Assembly (NCBI GenBank): GCA_965277805.1 | Contig: OZ255842.1 | Span: 3,200,001-3,264,000 of the forward strand | From: Candidatus Lustribacter sp. | Lineage (GTDB): Bacteria; Vulcanimicrobiota; Vulcanimicrobiia; Vulcanimicrobiales; Vulcanimicrobiaceae | Length of the DNA: 64,000 nucleotides | Direction: 5' to 3' | Shown: positions 19,476 to 28,241 of the stretch, in pieces | Numbering within the stretch: the stretch's first letter is position 1 | Layout of the letters: each line of letters starts with the position of its first letter | Translations under genes and position numbers: made by a program | Notes under the pieces: model-generated | Databases searched by the model: none | The model's input: only the letters and a program-made list of their open reading frames with translations | What the model was told of the DNA's origin: nothing

Positions 19476-20109
19476 CCTTGTCCAAGAGTGTGGCGGCGCG
19501 GGCGACGCTGCGCGCCGCGTCGGGATCGTATTCGATGAGGGCCAGCACCGGCGCGCGCGATTCGATCGCGCCCGCGATGCGCGCGCGTTCGCTTCCATCG
19601 CACGGCCCCCAACGCTCCACCAGTACGACGCCGTGCACGGGAACCCCATGCGCTTCGAGGTAGGCCAGCGTGAGAAAGGTGTGGCTGATGCAGCCCAAGC
19701 GCATGCCGGTGACGACGACCGCCTCGCACGAGGTCTGCGCGATGACCGTCGTGATCGTTTGAGCCGGATTGATCGGAACGGCCGCACCGCCGGCGCCCTC
19801 CACGATCACCGTGCCCGCCACCGCCTCGATCCGCTTTGCCAAGCGGTTTGCATCGAGCAGCGGCGCGTTCTCCGCCTCCGCCGCCGACCACGGATCGGCC
19901 GGCAAACGAAAGCGCGCGAACTCGAGCGCCGTACAGCCGGCCAATGCGCCGGCCTCGGCCGCATCACCCGGGACGCCCGGCTCGAGCCCCGTTTGCACCG
20001 CTTTCACGATCGTCGGCGTTTCGCCGCGCGCAACGCACATCGCCGCGAACGCAGCCGTAACGCGCGTCTTGCCGACGTCGGTGTCGGTACCCGTCACGAA
20101 CAGCCGCAT
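19459..20109 (-). CDS. bioD: Dethiobiotin synthase
   Basis: FVTGTDTDVGKT, KAVQTG, VEGAGG, LGCISH. Confidence 0.93.
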   Translation of the reverse strand: MRLFVTGTDTDVGKTRVTAAFAAMCVARGETPTIVKAVQTGLEPGVPGDAAEAGALAGCTALEFARFRLPADPWSAAEAENAPLLDANRLAKRIEAVAGTVIVEGAGGAAVPINPAQTITTVIAQTSCEAVVVTGMRLGCISHTFLTLAYLEAHGVPVHGVVLVERWGPCDGSERARIAGAIESRAPVLALIEYDPDAARSVARAATLLDKVGTRA

Positions 20110-21230
20110 CAGTCCGTCGCAACCAAATCCGCCGCGCGCAGCTCGCGCAGCGCCTGCACGAGCGCGCCGATCTCCGCATCGGTGTGATTCGCGCGTACCG
20201 ACAAACGCAGCCGGCACGCCCCGGCCGGCACCGTCGGCGGCCGCACGGCGGGCGCATATACGCCGCGTTCTTCGAGTGCGCGGGCTACTCCCAATGCTGC
20301 GCTCTCGCTGCCGAGCACGACCGGGACGATCGGCCCGGCGTCGCCGGGCACGTCGTAGCCGAGCTCGCGCAGTTCGCCGCGCACGCGCGCTGCCGACGCG
20401 TCGAGCCGCGCGCGCAACGCATCGCCTTCGGCATCGCGCACGATGCGGAGAGAACGTTGCGCGGCCGCGGCGATCGCCGGCGGCATCGCCGTGTCGAAGA
20501 TGAACGAGCGCGCCGTGCTGACGAGCAGTTCGATGACCTCCGCCGGACCGGCAACGAACCCGCCGGCGGCGCCCAAGGCTTTGGACAGGGTGCCGATCAG
20601 CACGATGCGTTCGTCGCGGAACGCGGAGGCGTGGCCCGCTCCGTGCGGACCGGCCACGCCGAGCGCGTGCGCTTCGTCAATCACGAGCACGTCGTCTTCG
20701 CGCAAGTCCGCGACGTGCGTAGCGATCGGCGCCCGCGATCCGTCCATGCCGAACGCGGACTCCGTCACGATCAGCGCGCCGCCGGCCCCGGCCGAACGAT
20801 CCGGCAGCGCCGCGTGCGGAACGATGTGCCGCTCGAGCTTGGTCAAGCGCAGGCCGTCGATGATGCACGCGTGCACGAGCGCATCCGAATACGCCGCGGT
20901 GACGCACGGCGCGAGCGCCGTGATCGCGCCGATCGCCGCGAGATAGCCCGAGGAGAAAAGCAGCGCGCGCTCGCGGCCCGTCCATTCGGCCAGCGCGGCT
21001 TCGAGCTGCGCGTATTCGCCCGCGGCGCCGCCGAGCAACCGCGAACCGCCGCTGCCCACCCGCGTCGCGCCGCGCAGCGCAGCCAGCACGCGTTCGTCGC
21101 GCGCGAGCCCGAGGTAATCGTTGGATGAGAAGTCGATCGCGCCGTCCGGTATGCGCGTGCGCGCAGCGCGGCGGCGCTGTTTGGCCGTCAGCACCGCGAG
21201 TTCGGTGCGCACGCGATCGAGATAGCTCAT
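20109..21230 (-). CDS. bioF: 8-amino-7-oxononanoate synthase
   Basis: FSSNDYLGL, SSGYLA, DEAHALG, GTLSKALG, RPPTVP. Confidence 0.92.
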   Translation of the reverse strand: MSYLDRVRTELAVLTAKQRRRAARTRIPDGAIDFSSNDYLGLARDERVLAALRGATRVGSGGSRLLGGAAGEYAQLEAALAEWTGRERALLFSSGYLAAIGAITALAPCVTAAYSDALVHACIIDGLRLTKLERHIVPHAALPDRSAGAGGALIVTESAFGMDGSRAPIATHVADLREDDVLVIDEAHALGVAGPHGAGHASAFRDERIVLIGTLSKALGAAGGFVAGPAEVIELLVSTARSFIFDTAMPPAIAAAAQRSLRIVRDAEGDALRARLDASAARVRGELRELGYDVPGDAGPIVPVVLGSESAALGVARALEERGVYAPAVRPPTVPAGACRLRLSVRANHTDAEIGALVQALRELRAADLVATD

Positions 21231-22408
21231 CCGATCGCGTCCAGCGCGCCGGTAAAGGCGGCGACGAACGACGCGATTTCACCCCGCGTCGACGATAACG
21301 GCGGCACGAGCTGTACCGTCTGCCCGATCGGCCGCGTGAAGTGGCCGCGCTCGTATAACGCGCCGGCAATGCGCCCGGCCGGCATGGTGACGTCGATGCC
21401 CGCCATCAGGCCCGCGCGCCGCACGCCGGTCACGCTCGGATGCGCGGCGAGCGGCGCCAGCAATTCGTCCAGCGCGGCATCGAGCTCGGCCACGTGCGCG
21501 AGCGTGCCTTCCGCCGCAAAGAGATCGAGCGAGGCGAGCGCGGCCGCGCACGCGATCGGATTGCCGGCATACGAGTGGCCGTGGAAGAACTGGCGATTCG
21601 CTTCGGGTGCGCCGAGAAACGCGTCGTAGACGCGCTGCGTCGCCAGCACGGCCGAGAGCGCGAGCGTTCCGCCCGAGATGCCCTTACCCAAGCACACGAG
21701 GTCGGGGGCGAGGCCGAGCGATTCGTACGCGAACATCGTGCCGGTCCGGCCGAACCCCGTCGCGATCTCATCGGCGATCAGCAGCGGACGGTGCGGCGCG
21801 CGCATGCCCGCGTACCGTTCCGTCGCGACGATGCGCATCCCGGCCGCCGCTTGCACGCGCGGCTCGAAGACGATCGCCGCCACGTCATCGCGCGCGAGCG
21901 CATCGGGCACGTCGTCGTAACACACCGACTCGATCAGGATCGGCGCAAAGCGCGCGCGGAATGCTGCTATGCCGGATACGGACATCGCCCCGGCCGTATC
22001 TCCGTGATACGAATCGCGCAAGTGCACGAACCTCACGCGTTGGGACTCGCCGCATTCTTGCCAGTACTGGATCGCCATCTTCAGCGCCGCTTCGATCGCG
22101 CTCGCGCCGTCGCTCGCGAAAAACGCGGCGTCGAGTGCGGTCAGCGCGCACAGGCGTTCGGCGAGTTCGTCGGCCCACGGGTTCGTCGCGCCGAGCGTGG
22201 TGGCATGATCGAGCACCGCGGCCTGCCGCGCGATCGCCTCGACGATGTGCGGGTGGCTATGGCCGTGAATCGTGGTCCATACGGAAGAGATCGCATCGAA
22301 CACCTCCGCTCCGGCGGCATCCGTGAGCATCGTGCCGCGGCCGCGCACGAACGTGCGCGCGCGCGCGTCGAAGCCGCTCATCTGCGTGAACGGCAACCAG
22401 TGCCGCAC
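21227..22408 (-). CDS. bioA: Adenosylmethionine-8-amino-7-oxononanoate aminotransferase
   Basis: WLPFTQM, YHGDT, DEIATGFGRTG, GKGISGG, HGHSYAGNP. Confidence 0.92.
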   Translation of the reverse strand: MRHWLPFTQMSGFDARARTFVRGRGTMLTDAAGAEVFDAISSVWTTIHGHSHPHIVEAIARQAAVLDHATTLGATNPWADELAERLCALTALDAAFFASDGASAIEAALKMAIQYWQECGESQRVRFVHLRDSYHGDTAGAMSVSGIAAFRARFAPILIESVCYDDVPDALARDDVAAIVFEPRVQAAAGMRIVATERYAGMRAPHRPLLIADEIATGFGRTGTMFAYESLGLAPDLVCLGKGISGGTLALSAVLATQRVYDAFLGAPEANRQFFHGHSYAGNPIACAAALASLDLFAAEGTLAHVAELDAALDELLAPLAAHPSVTGVRRAGLMAGIDVTMPAGRIAGALYERGHFTRPIGQTVQLVPPLSSTRGEIASFVAAFTGALDAIG

Positions 22409-22962
22409 TACGGTATGCGGCGGATGCTGATGATCTTGACCGGCGCAACCAGCTGATCTCCCGCGACGGGCAGTCGCGCGATTTTGCGAACGAGGTCCAT
22501 GTTCTTCGTAACGTGGCCGAAGGCAGCATAGCCGGGCTCGCCCGGCGCGCCGTCGAGCCGCGCTTGATCGCCGTCGTCGAGAAAGAATTCCGACGTTGCC
22601 GAGTTCGGGTCGGACGTGCGCGCCATCGCGATCGAGCCGTCGACGTTCTTCACGCCGGTCTTCAGCGGCGTTTCGAGCGGGATCATCTTGTCGTGATCCG
22701 TTTCGCGCGTTTTGTTGCCGCCTTGGATCACGAAGCCGGGAATGGCGCGGAAGAACGTGCCGCCGTCGTAAAACTTATGATCGACCAGGTCGAGGAAGTT
22801 TTTCGTCGTGACGGGCGCGTGCACCGGATCGAGCACGACGTCGATCGTGCCGGCGGACGTGACGATCGCGACCTGCGGCGCGGACGGTGCGGCGGCGGCC
22901 GCCAACGGCCCGGCGGTCATTACCCCCGCCAAGACAACAGCAATGGAACGGAATCGAAGCAT
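22408..22962 (-). CDS. ppiA: Exported cyclophilin-type peptidyl-prolyl isomerase
   Basis: Signal peptide; FYDGGTFFRAIPGFVIQGG, AMART..PNSATSEFF, GYAAFG. Confidence 0.88.
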   Translation of the reverse strand: MLRFRSIAVVLAGVMTAGPLAAAAAPSAPQVAIVTSAGTIDVVLDPVHAPVTTKNFLDLVDHKFYDGGTFFRAIPGFVIQGGNKTRETDHDKMIPLETPLKTGVKNVDGSIAMARTSDPNSATSEFFLDDGDQARLDGAPGEPGYAAFGHVTKNMDLVRKIARLPVAGDQLVAPVKIISIRRIP

Positions 22963-22980
22963 GCAAATCCCTACGGCGCG

Positions 22981-23027
22981 TTGACAGGGGCGTCCTTGAA
23001 TACATACAATCTGGAACGAATGTTTCC
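22981..23027 (+). promoter_or_regulatory. Sigma70 promoter with overlapping palindromic operator
   Basis: TTGACA(22981)-N18-TACAAT(23005); TACATACAATCTGGAACGAATGT resembles the 28195 motif. Confidence 0.75.
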
Positions 23028-23454
23028 GAGCGACGGCAACCCGGCGATCGAGGCAACGTGTACGAAGATGACGCTGCGCTTCTATCGCAGCCTCGACACG
23101 CGCGATCATGCCGCCGTGGCCGCGATGTTCGCACCGGACGGCACGTGGCATCGCCAAGGCGTACTGCTCAACGGCCCCGCCGACGTGCTGGCGGCGCTCG
23201 ATAAGCGCTCGCCGGACCGTTCGACCGCGCACATGCTGACCAACGTGTGGGCCGAAGCGCTCGATCCCGATCGCGCGCGCGTTCACTACTACTTGAGCTT
23301 GCGCGAAAAAATTGCGAAGCCCGGCGAGCCGGTGCTCATTCGCGCCGGCGGCGTGCTGTACGGCACCGACGACTTCGTGCGTCTCGCCGACGGCTGGCAC
23401 ATCCAAAGCAAGAGTTCGCAGCCGGTGATCCCGGCGGCGGATTCGGAAAAATAA
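23020..23454 (+). CDS. SnoaL-like/NTF2 family protein
   Basis: FYRSLD, MFAPDGTW, HMLTNV, DDFVRLADGWHI. Confidence 0.82.
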   Translation: MFPSDGNPAIEATCTKMTLRFYRSLDTRDHAAVAAMFAPDGTWHRQGVLLNGPADVLAALDKRSPDRSTAHMLTNVWAEALDPDRARVHYYLSLREKIAKPGEPVLIRAGGVLYGTDDFVRLADGWHIQSKSSQPVIPAADSEK

Positions 23455-23467
23455 TGACGGAGAAATC

Positions 23468-24487
23468 ATGAGCGACGCCCCCATCATCTGGCTCACCAAC
23501 AGCGACGTATCGGAGCTGGTCTCGCTCGAGGACGCGATCGAGGCGCTCGAAGAGGGTCTCGCGCTCGAAGGCCGCGGCGAAGCACGGAACGTGGCCAAAG
23601 CGCTCGGCACCTGGGGCGACGGCAACTCGATGCACGCGCTCGGCTCGATGTTTCCGGATGCCGGTTACGTCGGCTTCAAGACGTGGGCCAACACCAAACA
23701 CGGCGCCGGTACGATCTTCGAGCTCTTCAATTCGGAAACGGGCGCGCTGATGGCCGTCATCGAGGCCGCCGTGCTGGGACAACTGCGCACCTCGGGCATC
23801 TCCGGCCTGGCAACGAAATGGATGGCGAAGCCCGACGCGAGCGAGATGGCCCTGATCGGCACCGGCAAGTCGGCGCTGCTGCAAGTCGCGGCGATCGCTG
23901 CGGTGCGGCCGCTCAAGCGCCTGCGCGTCTTCAGCCCGACCGAAGAACACCGCAAGGAATTCGTGAAGAATGCCTCTTCGCTGCTAGCCTTCGACGTCGT
24001 CGAAAGCGCGACGCTGCGCGAGGCAACGCAGGGCGCCGACATCATCACGATCATGACGCGCGCGCGCGAGCCGTTCTTCTCCGCCGCCGATATCGACCGG
24101 GGCGCGCACCTCAACGCCGTCGGTGCGATCTTGCCGAAGTTCGGTGAATTCCACCAAGACATTTTCGACCGCGCCTCGATGGTCGTGGTCGACCACATTC
24201 CCAACGCCAAGATCGCTTCGTTCGAATTCCGCCAACGTTACGACGACGGCGGCGGCTCGTGGGACGACGTCAAGGAACTGTGCGCCATCATCGCCGCGAA
24301 GACGACGCGGCCGGCGAATGCGGACATCACGCTCTTCAAGGCGCTGGGCATGGGCATCTCCGATCTGTCGGTCGCGAAGATGGTCTACGAGCGCGCGCGC
24401 GCCAAGGGCATCGGCATGGAAATTCCCAAGCCGAAGCGCGGCGTCCCGGCCCGCTGGCGCTCGGGCCGCAAACCCTCAGCCGTGTAG
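23468..24487 (+). CDS. Ornithine cyclodeaminase/mu-crystallin family protein
   Basis: GFK, LRTSG, IGTGKSA, HLNAVGA, LFKALGMGISD. Confidence 0.88.
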   Translation: MSDAPIIWLTNSDVSELVSLEDAIEALEEGLALEGRGEARNVAKALGTWGDGNSMHALGSMFPDAGYVGFKTWANTKHGAGTIFELFNSETGALMAVIEAAVLGQLRTSGISGLATKWMAKPDASEMALIGTGKSALLQVAAIAAVRPLKRLRVFSPTEEHRKEFVKNASSLLAFDVVESATLREATQGADIITIMTRAREPFFSAADIDRGAHLNAVGAILPKFGEFHQDIFDRASMVVVDHIPNAKIASFEFRQRYDDGGGSWDDVKELCAIIAAKTTRPANADITLFKALGMGISDLSVAKMVYERARAKGIGMEIPKPKRGVPARWRSGRKPSAV

Positions 24488-25318
24488 TTCGTCGACGACG
24501 GTATTCCGCAGAATACCGATCGAGCTGATCTCGATCTCGAACACGTCGCCGGCTTTCATCCAGAGCGGCGGCTTGCGGGTGAAGCCGACGCCCGCCGGCG
24601 TGCCGGTCGCGATCACGTCGCCCGGCTTCAACACCGACCACGAACTCAAATACGCGATCAAGAACGGGATGTCGAAGATCAAGTCGCCGGTCGACGCGCT
24701 CTGCATCACCTCGCCGTTCAGCTTGCCCGTGAGCGTGAGGGCGGCCGGATCGGGAATTTCGTCGGCCGTCACGAGCCACGGTCCGAACGCGCCGCTGTGG
24801 TGGAAATTCTTGCCCGGCGTGATCTGGCGTTCGTGGCGTCCGTAATCGCGCAGCGTGTGGTCGCCGAAACACGAGTAGCCCGCCACGTAGTCGAACGCGT
24901 GCTCTTTCGCAACGTGCCGGCCGGTTTTGCCGATGATCACGGCGAGTTCGGCTTCGAAATCGAATTCGGATGAGAGAAACGGCCGCACGATGGGCGTGTC
25001 GGGACCGACTTGCGAATCCGGAAAGCGCATGAACATCGACGGGTATGCTTTGTTCTCGCGGCCCGTTTCGCTCGTGTGCGACTTGTAATTCACGCCCGCG
25101 CAGTAGATCTTCTCGGGATCGGGCACCGGCTGCAGCAATTTCACCGCCGCGAGCGGCGCGCGCGCCGTCGTCTCGGCCAGCGCCGCCGCGATCGCGCGGT
25201 TGCCGGCGCCGAGCGCGGTCTTCAAACTCGGCCACGCGTGATCGAGCGGCGCGACCTCATCGCCGAGCACCGCTCCCCAGCGCTGCCGGTTATCGTGGTT
25301 GAACGTGGCCAGACGCAA
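24476..25318 (-). CDS. Fumarylacetoacetate hydrolase family protein
   Basis: AGVNY, DFEAEL, GKNF, GDVIATGTPAGVG; AGGAG RBS before TTG 25318. Confidence 0.9.
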   Translation of the reverse strand: MRLATFNHDNRQRWGAVLGDEVAPLDHAWPSLKTALGAGNRAIAAALAETTARAPLAAVKLLQPVPDPEKIYCAGVNYKSHTSETGRENKAYPSMFMRFPDSQVGPDTPIVRPFLSSEFDFEAELAVIIGKTGRHVAKEHAFDYVAGYSCFGDHTLRDYGRHERQITPGKNFHHSGAFGPWLVTADEIPDPAALTLTGKLNGEVMQSASTGDLIFDIPFLIAYLSSWSVLKPGDVIATGTPAGVGFTRKPPLWMKAGDVFEIEISSIGILRNTVVDELHG

Positions 25319-25326
25319 ACGATCTC

Positions 25327-25950
25327 CTAATGCGAACGATTGCGCAACTCGCGCAAGGCAATCTGATAAAGCGTGGTGCGGTCGGCGTCGTGATCGCCGA
25401 GCGGCTGGAGCATCTTCAGCACGCCGAAGCCTCGCGCGGCCGACATCACCACCCGCCGGATCGCCGACAGCTCCGCCGCGCTGAGGCCGGCATCGCGAAA
25501 CAGCTCGTGCCACACGACGCCGTAACTCTCACGCGCTTCATCAAGCGAATCCGCCAGCCGCGTTGCCAGTGCCGGTTCGCCGGCGATGCTGAGGCTGATG
25601 CCCAGCACGGCCCGGAACGACGGGCCGGTGAACACCTCCCAATAGCGATCGACGATCGCCGCCACGCGCGCTTCGAGCGGCGCCTGCGCGAGCGCGGCGA
25701 CGTCGAACCGCAGGTTCAGTTCTTCGGACACGCGGTCGATCACCGCCACGATCAAGTCGGCCTTGGTGGCAAAGTGATGCTGCAGCGCGCCGCGGCTCAC
25801 GTTCGCCTGCTGCGCGATCAGCGTGGTCGTTGCCTCAACGTAACCGACGCGCTCGATGCACTCGATCGCGGCGACGATGAGGCGCTCGCGCGTTTCCGCG
25901 CTGCGCTGCTCTTGGCTGCGGCGCGCGCGCGGCGCCGCAAGGGCCGTCAC
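25327..25950 (-). CDS. TetR/AcrR family transcriptional regulator
   Basis: HTH IAQQANVSRGALQHHFATKADL; GTG overlaps upstream stop. Confidence 0.9.
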   Translation of the reverse strand: MTALAAPRARRSQEQRSAETRERLIVAAIECIERVGYVEATTTLIAQQANVSRGALQHHFATKADLIVAVIDRVSEELNLRFDVAALAQAPLEARVAAIVDRYWEVFTGPSFRAVLGISLSIAGEPALATRLADSLDEARESYGVVWHELFRDAGLSAAELSAIRRVVMSAARGFGVLKMLQPLGDHDADRTTLYQIALRELRNRSH

Positions 25951-27068
25951 TTGCCCTTGCGGCGCGGGCCGACGTATCCCGTGACGCCGGCTTGCGAACC
26001 GAGCGTGAGGATCGGGCCGTCCATCTCCTCTTGCCAGATCAGCGACTCCATGCCGATGTGCAGCGGATGGTCTTGTACGGTCAGCGTCGTGTTGCCGACC
26101 GGCGAGGCGCTCACGTAATGCGCGTGCTCGGACCAGCTCGGCGCCGAAAGCATCAGATCCCCGGCACCCCACTCATACGTCACATCGTCGACGACGCTCT
26201 TGCCGCCCGCACCGAGGAAGTAGTAGTTGATGGCAACCGAACTATGCCGATGCCCGCGGCCGACCGGACCGGGATCGCGGTTGGGCTCCTTGCCGGCCAA
26301 CGTCGCGAAGAAGCTGTGCGTCGTGCCGTTACGGCGCTCGGTTGCCGGATTGTAGAGCAGCAGAATGCGCCGGGCATCGGGATTGCCGCTGCTGCGCAGG
26401 TGCGGCCACACTGCCTTCCAGGGCCATAGGATTGCCTTCGACTCGAGCACCTCGATGTCGACCAGAAACTCGTAGCCGCGCAAGCGCGCACCTTCGGGCG
26501 TCACTTCGAAATCCGGTGCGTTTTCGCGCGCGTACTTGTTCTTCTGCTGCGTGCTGGTCGCGATCTCCGTATCGATCACGAGCGGTGCCGGGTTTTCTTC
26601 GAAGTAGTGCGCGCCGAGTTTTTCGAGCAGCGGCGCGTTCGAGTAGCTCAGGCGCGCCCACAGCTCCTTGCCGGTGTTGCGGTAGAAATACGTCTGCATC
26701 GCCGGCACGTTCCAAATGTCGTTCGCCTCGACCGCGAATTCGCGCTCGCCCGCGTGCACGACGCCCGTTCCGCCGATGACGATCTCGAGCTGGTTGGAAT
26801 TGCGCCGCACCGGCACGGTTTGTTCGCCCGGCTTGAGCACGTTGATCGTTACGTCGATGCCGGGCGAAAATCCGAGCCCGGGGCGTGTGGCTTGCGGGTG
26901 CACGATCAGCGCGGCCCGACGCCCGTTTGCCGGTCGCGGCTCCGACGCCAATCGTTCGATTTCATTGAGGATCGTCGCGCGGGGCACGACGATCGGCGAC
27001 CACGACTCGTTCGGCGCGTAGCCCGTGCCCGATACGTCGACCATGAATTCGTTGCGCTCGGATATCAT
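25947..27068 (-). CDS. Bicupin protein, gentisate 1,2-dioxygenase-like (copy 2)
   Basis: LLLYNPAT, GHRH, APSWSEHAH, VQDHP; GGAG RBS before ATG 27068. Confidence 0.78.
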   Translation of the reverse strand: MISERNEFMVDVSGTGYAPNESWSPIVVPRATILNEIERLASEPRPANGRRAALIVHPQATRPGLGFSPGIDVTINVLKPGEQTVPVRRNSNQLEIVIGGTGVVHAGEREFAVEANDIWNVPAMQTYFYRNTGKELWARLSYSNAPLLEKLGAHYFEENPAPLVIDTEIATSTQQKNKYARENAPDFEVTPEGARLRGYEFLVDIEVLESKAILWPWKAVWPHLRSSGNPDARRILLLYNPATERRNGTTHSFFATLAGKEPNRDPGPVGRGHRHSSVAINYYFLGAGGKSVVDDVTYEWGAGDLMLSAPSWSEHAHYVSASPVGNTTLTVQDHPLHIGMESLIWQEEMDGPILTLGSQAGVTGYVGPRRKGK

Positions 27069-27072
27069 TGTG

Positions 27073-28203
27073 TCAATCTCCACGTTTACGCGGACCGACG
27101 TATCCCGTAACGCCGGCCTGCGAGCCAAGGGTAAGGATGGGAAGGTTGAGATCCTCTTGCCAGATGAGCGATTCCATCCCGATGTGCAGCGGGTGATCCT
27201 GAACGGTCAGCGAGACCGTTCCCGTCGGCGCCGGACGATACGAGTGCGCGTGGTCGGTCCAGCTCGGCGCAGCCAGCATCAGCGAGCCGCCGCCGAAATC
27301 GTAGCGCTCGCCGTCGACGATGCTGTAACCGCCGTCGCTGATGAAGCGATAGTTCACCGCCGCCGACGTGTGCCGGTGCCCGGCCGGTGCGGTTTTCTGC
27401 GGCGTATTCGGCGGCATGCCGCCGAGCGTTGCGAAAAAGCTGTGCGTCGTGCCGTTGCGCCGTTCGGTGGCCGGATTGTAGAGCAGCAGAATCCCGCGCG
27501 CATCGGGATTCCCGCTGATCGCCAGATGCGGACGAACGGCTTTCCACGGCCAGTGGATCGCCTTCGACTCGAGCACCTCGATGTCGACCAGAAACTCGTA
27601 GCCGCGCAGACGCGCGCCCTCCGGCGTTACCACGAAGTCGGGAGCATTTTCACGCGCGTACTTATTCTTCTGCTGCGTGCTGCTTGCGAGCGCGGCATCG
27701 ATCACGAGCGGCGGCGGATCTTCTTCGAAGTAGTGCGCGCCGAGTTTTTCGAGCAACGGCGCGTTCGAGTAGCTCAGCCGCGCCCACAATTCCGTGCCCG
27801 TGTTGCGATGCGTGTAGGTCTGCATCGCGGGAATGTTCCAGATGTCGTGATCTTCGGTCACGAACTGCTCGCCACCGGCGCGCACCGTACCGCTGCCGCC
27901 GATGCAGATCTCGAGCTGATTGGAGTTGCGGCGCACCGGCACGGTCTCTTCGCCCGGCTTGAGCACGTTGATCGTAACGTCGATGCCCGGCGCGAAGCCG
28001 AGGCCGGGCGCCGTAGCTTGCGGATGCACCACCAGCGCCGCCCGCCGGCCGTTGGCCGGACGCGGCTCATCGGCCAGGCGCGCGATCTCGGCCGCTATCT
28101 GCTCGCGCGAAACCACGACCGGTTTCCACGGCGTGCACTCGGCATAGCCCTCACCCGAAACGTCTTCTAAGGTGGCCTCCGCCGGCAGGGGCTTTACATA
28201 CAT
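27073..28203 (-). CDS. Bicupin protein, gentisate 1,2-dioxygenase-like (copy 1)
   Basis: Tandem paralog of 25947..27068; GHRH, PSWTDHAH. Confidence 0.78.
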   Translation of the reverse strand: MYVKPLPAEATLEDVSGEGYAECTPWKPVVVSREQIAAEIARLADEPRPANGRRAALVVHPQATAPGLGFAPGIDVTINVLKPGEETVPVRRNSNQLEICIGGSGTVRAGGEQFVTEDHDIWNIPAMQTYTHRNTGTELWARLSYSNAPLLEKLGAHYFEEDPPPLVIDAALASSTQQKNKYARENAPDFVVTPEGARLRGYEFLVDIEVLESKAIHWPWKAVRPHLAISGNPDARGILLLYNPATERRNGTTHSFFATLGGMPPNTPQKTAPAGHRHTSAAVNYRFISDGGYSIVDGERYDFGGGSLMLAAPSWTDHAHSYRPAPTGTVSLTVQDHPLHIGMESLIWQEDLNLPILTLGSQAGVTGYVGPRKRGD

Positions 28204-28241
28204 TCTGGAATGATTGTAAACGTGCGCCGCATCCGTGTCAA
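28193..28241 (-). promoter_or_regulatory. Sigma70 promoter for the cupin operon with palindromic operator
   Basis: Minus strand TTGACA(28241-28236)-N17-TACAAT(28218-28213); palindrome TTTACATACATTC-TG-GAATGATTGTAAA at 28193..28220. Confidence 0.8.
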
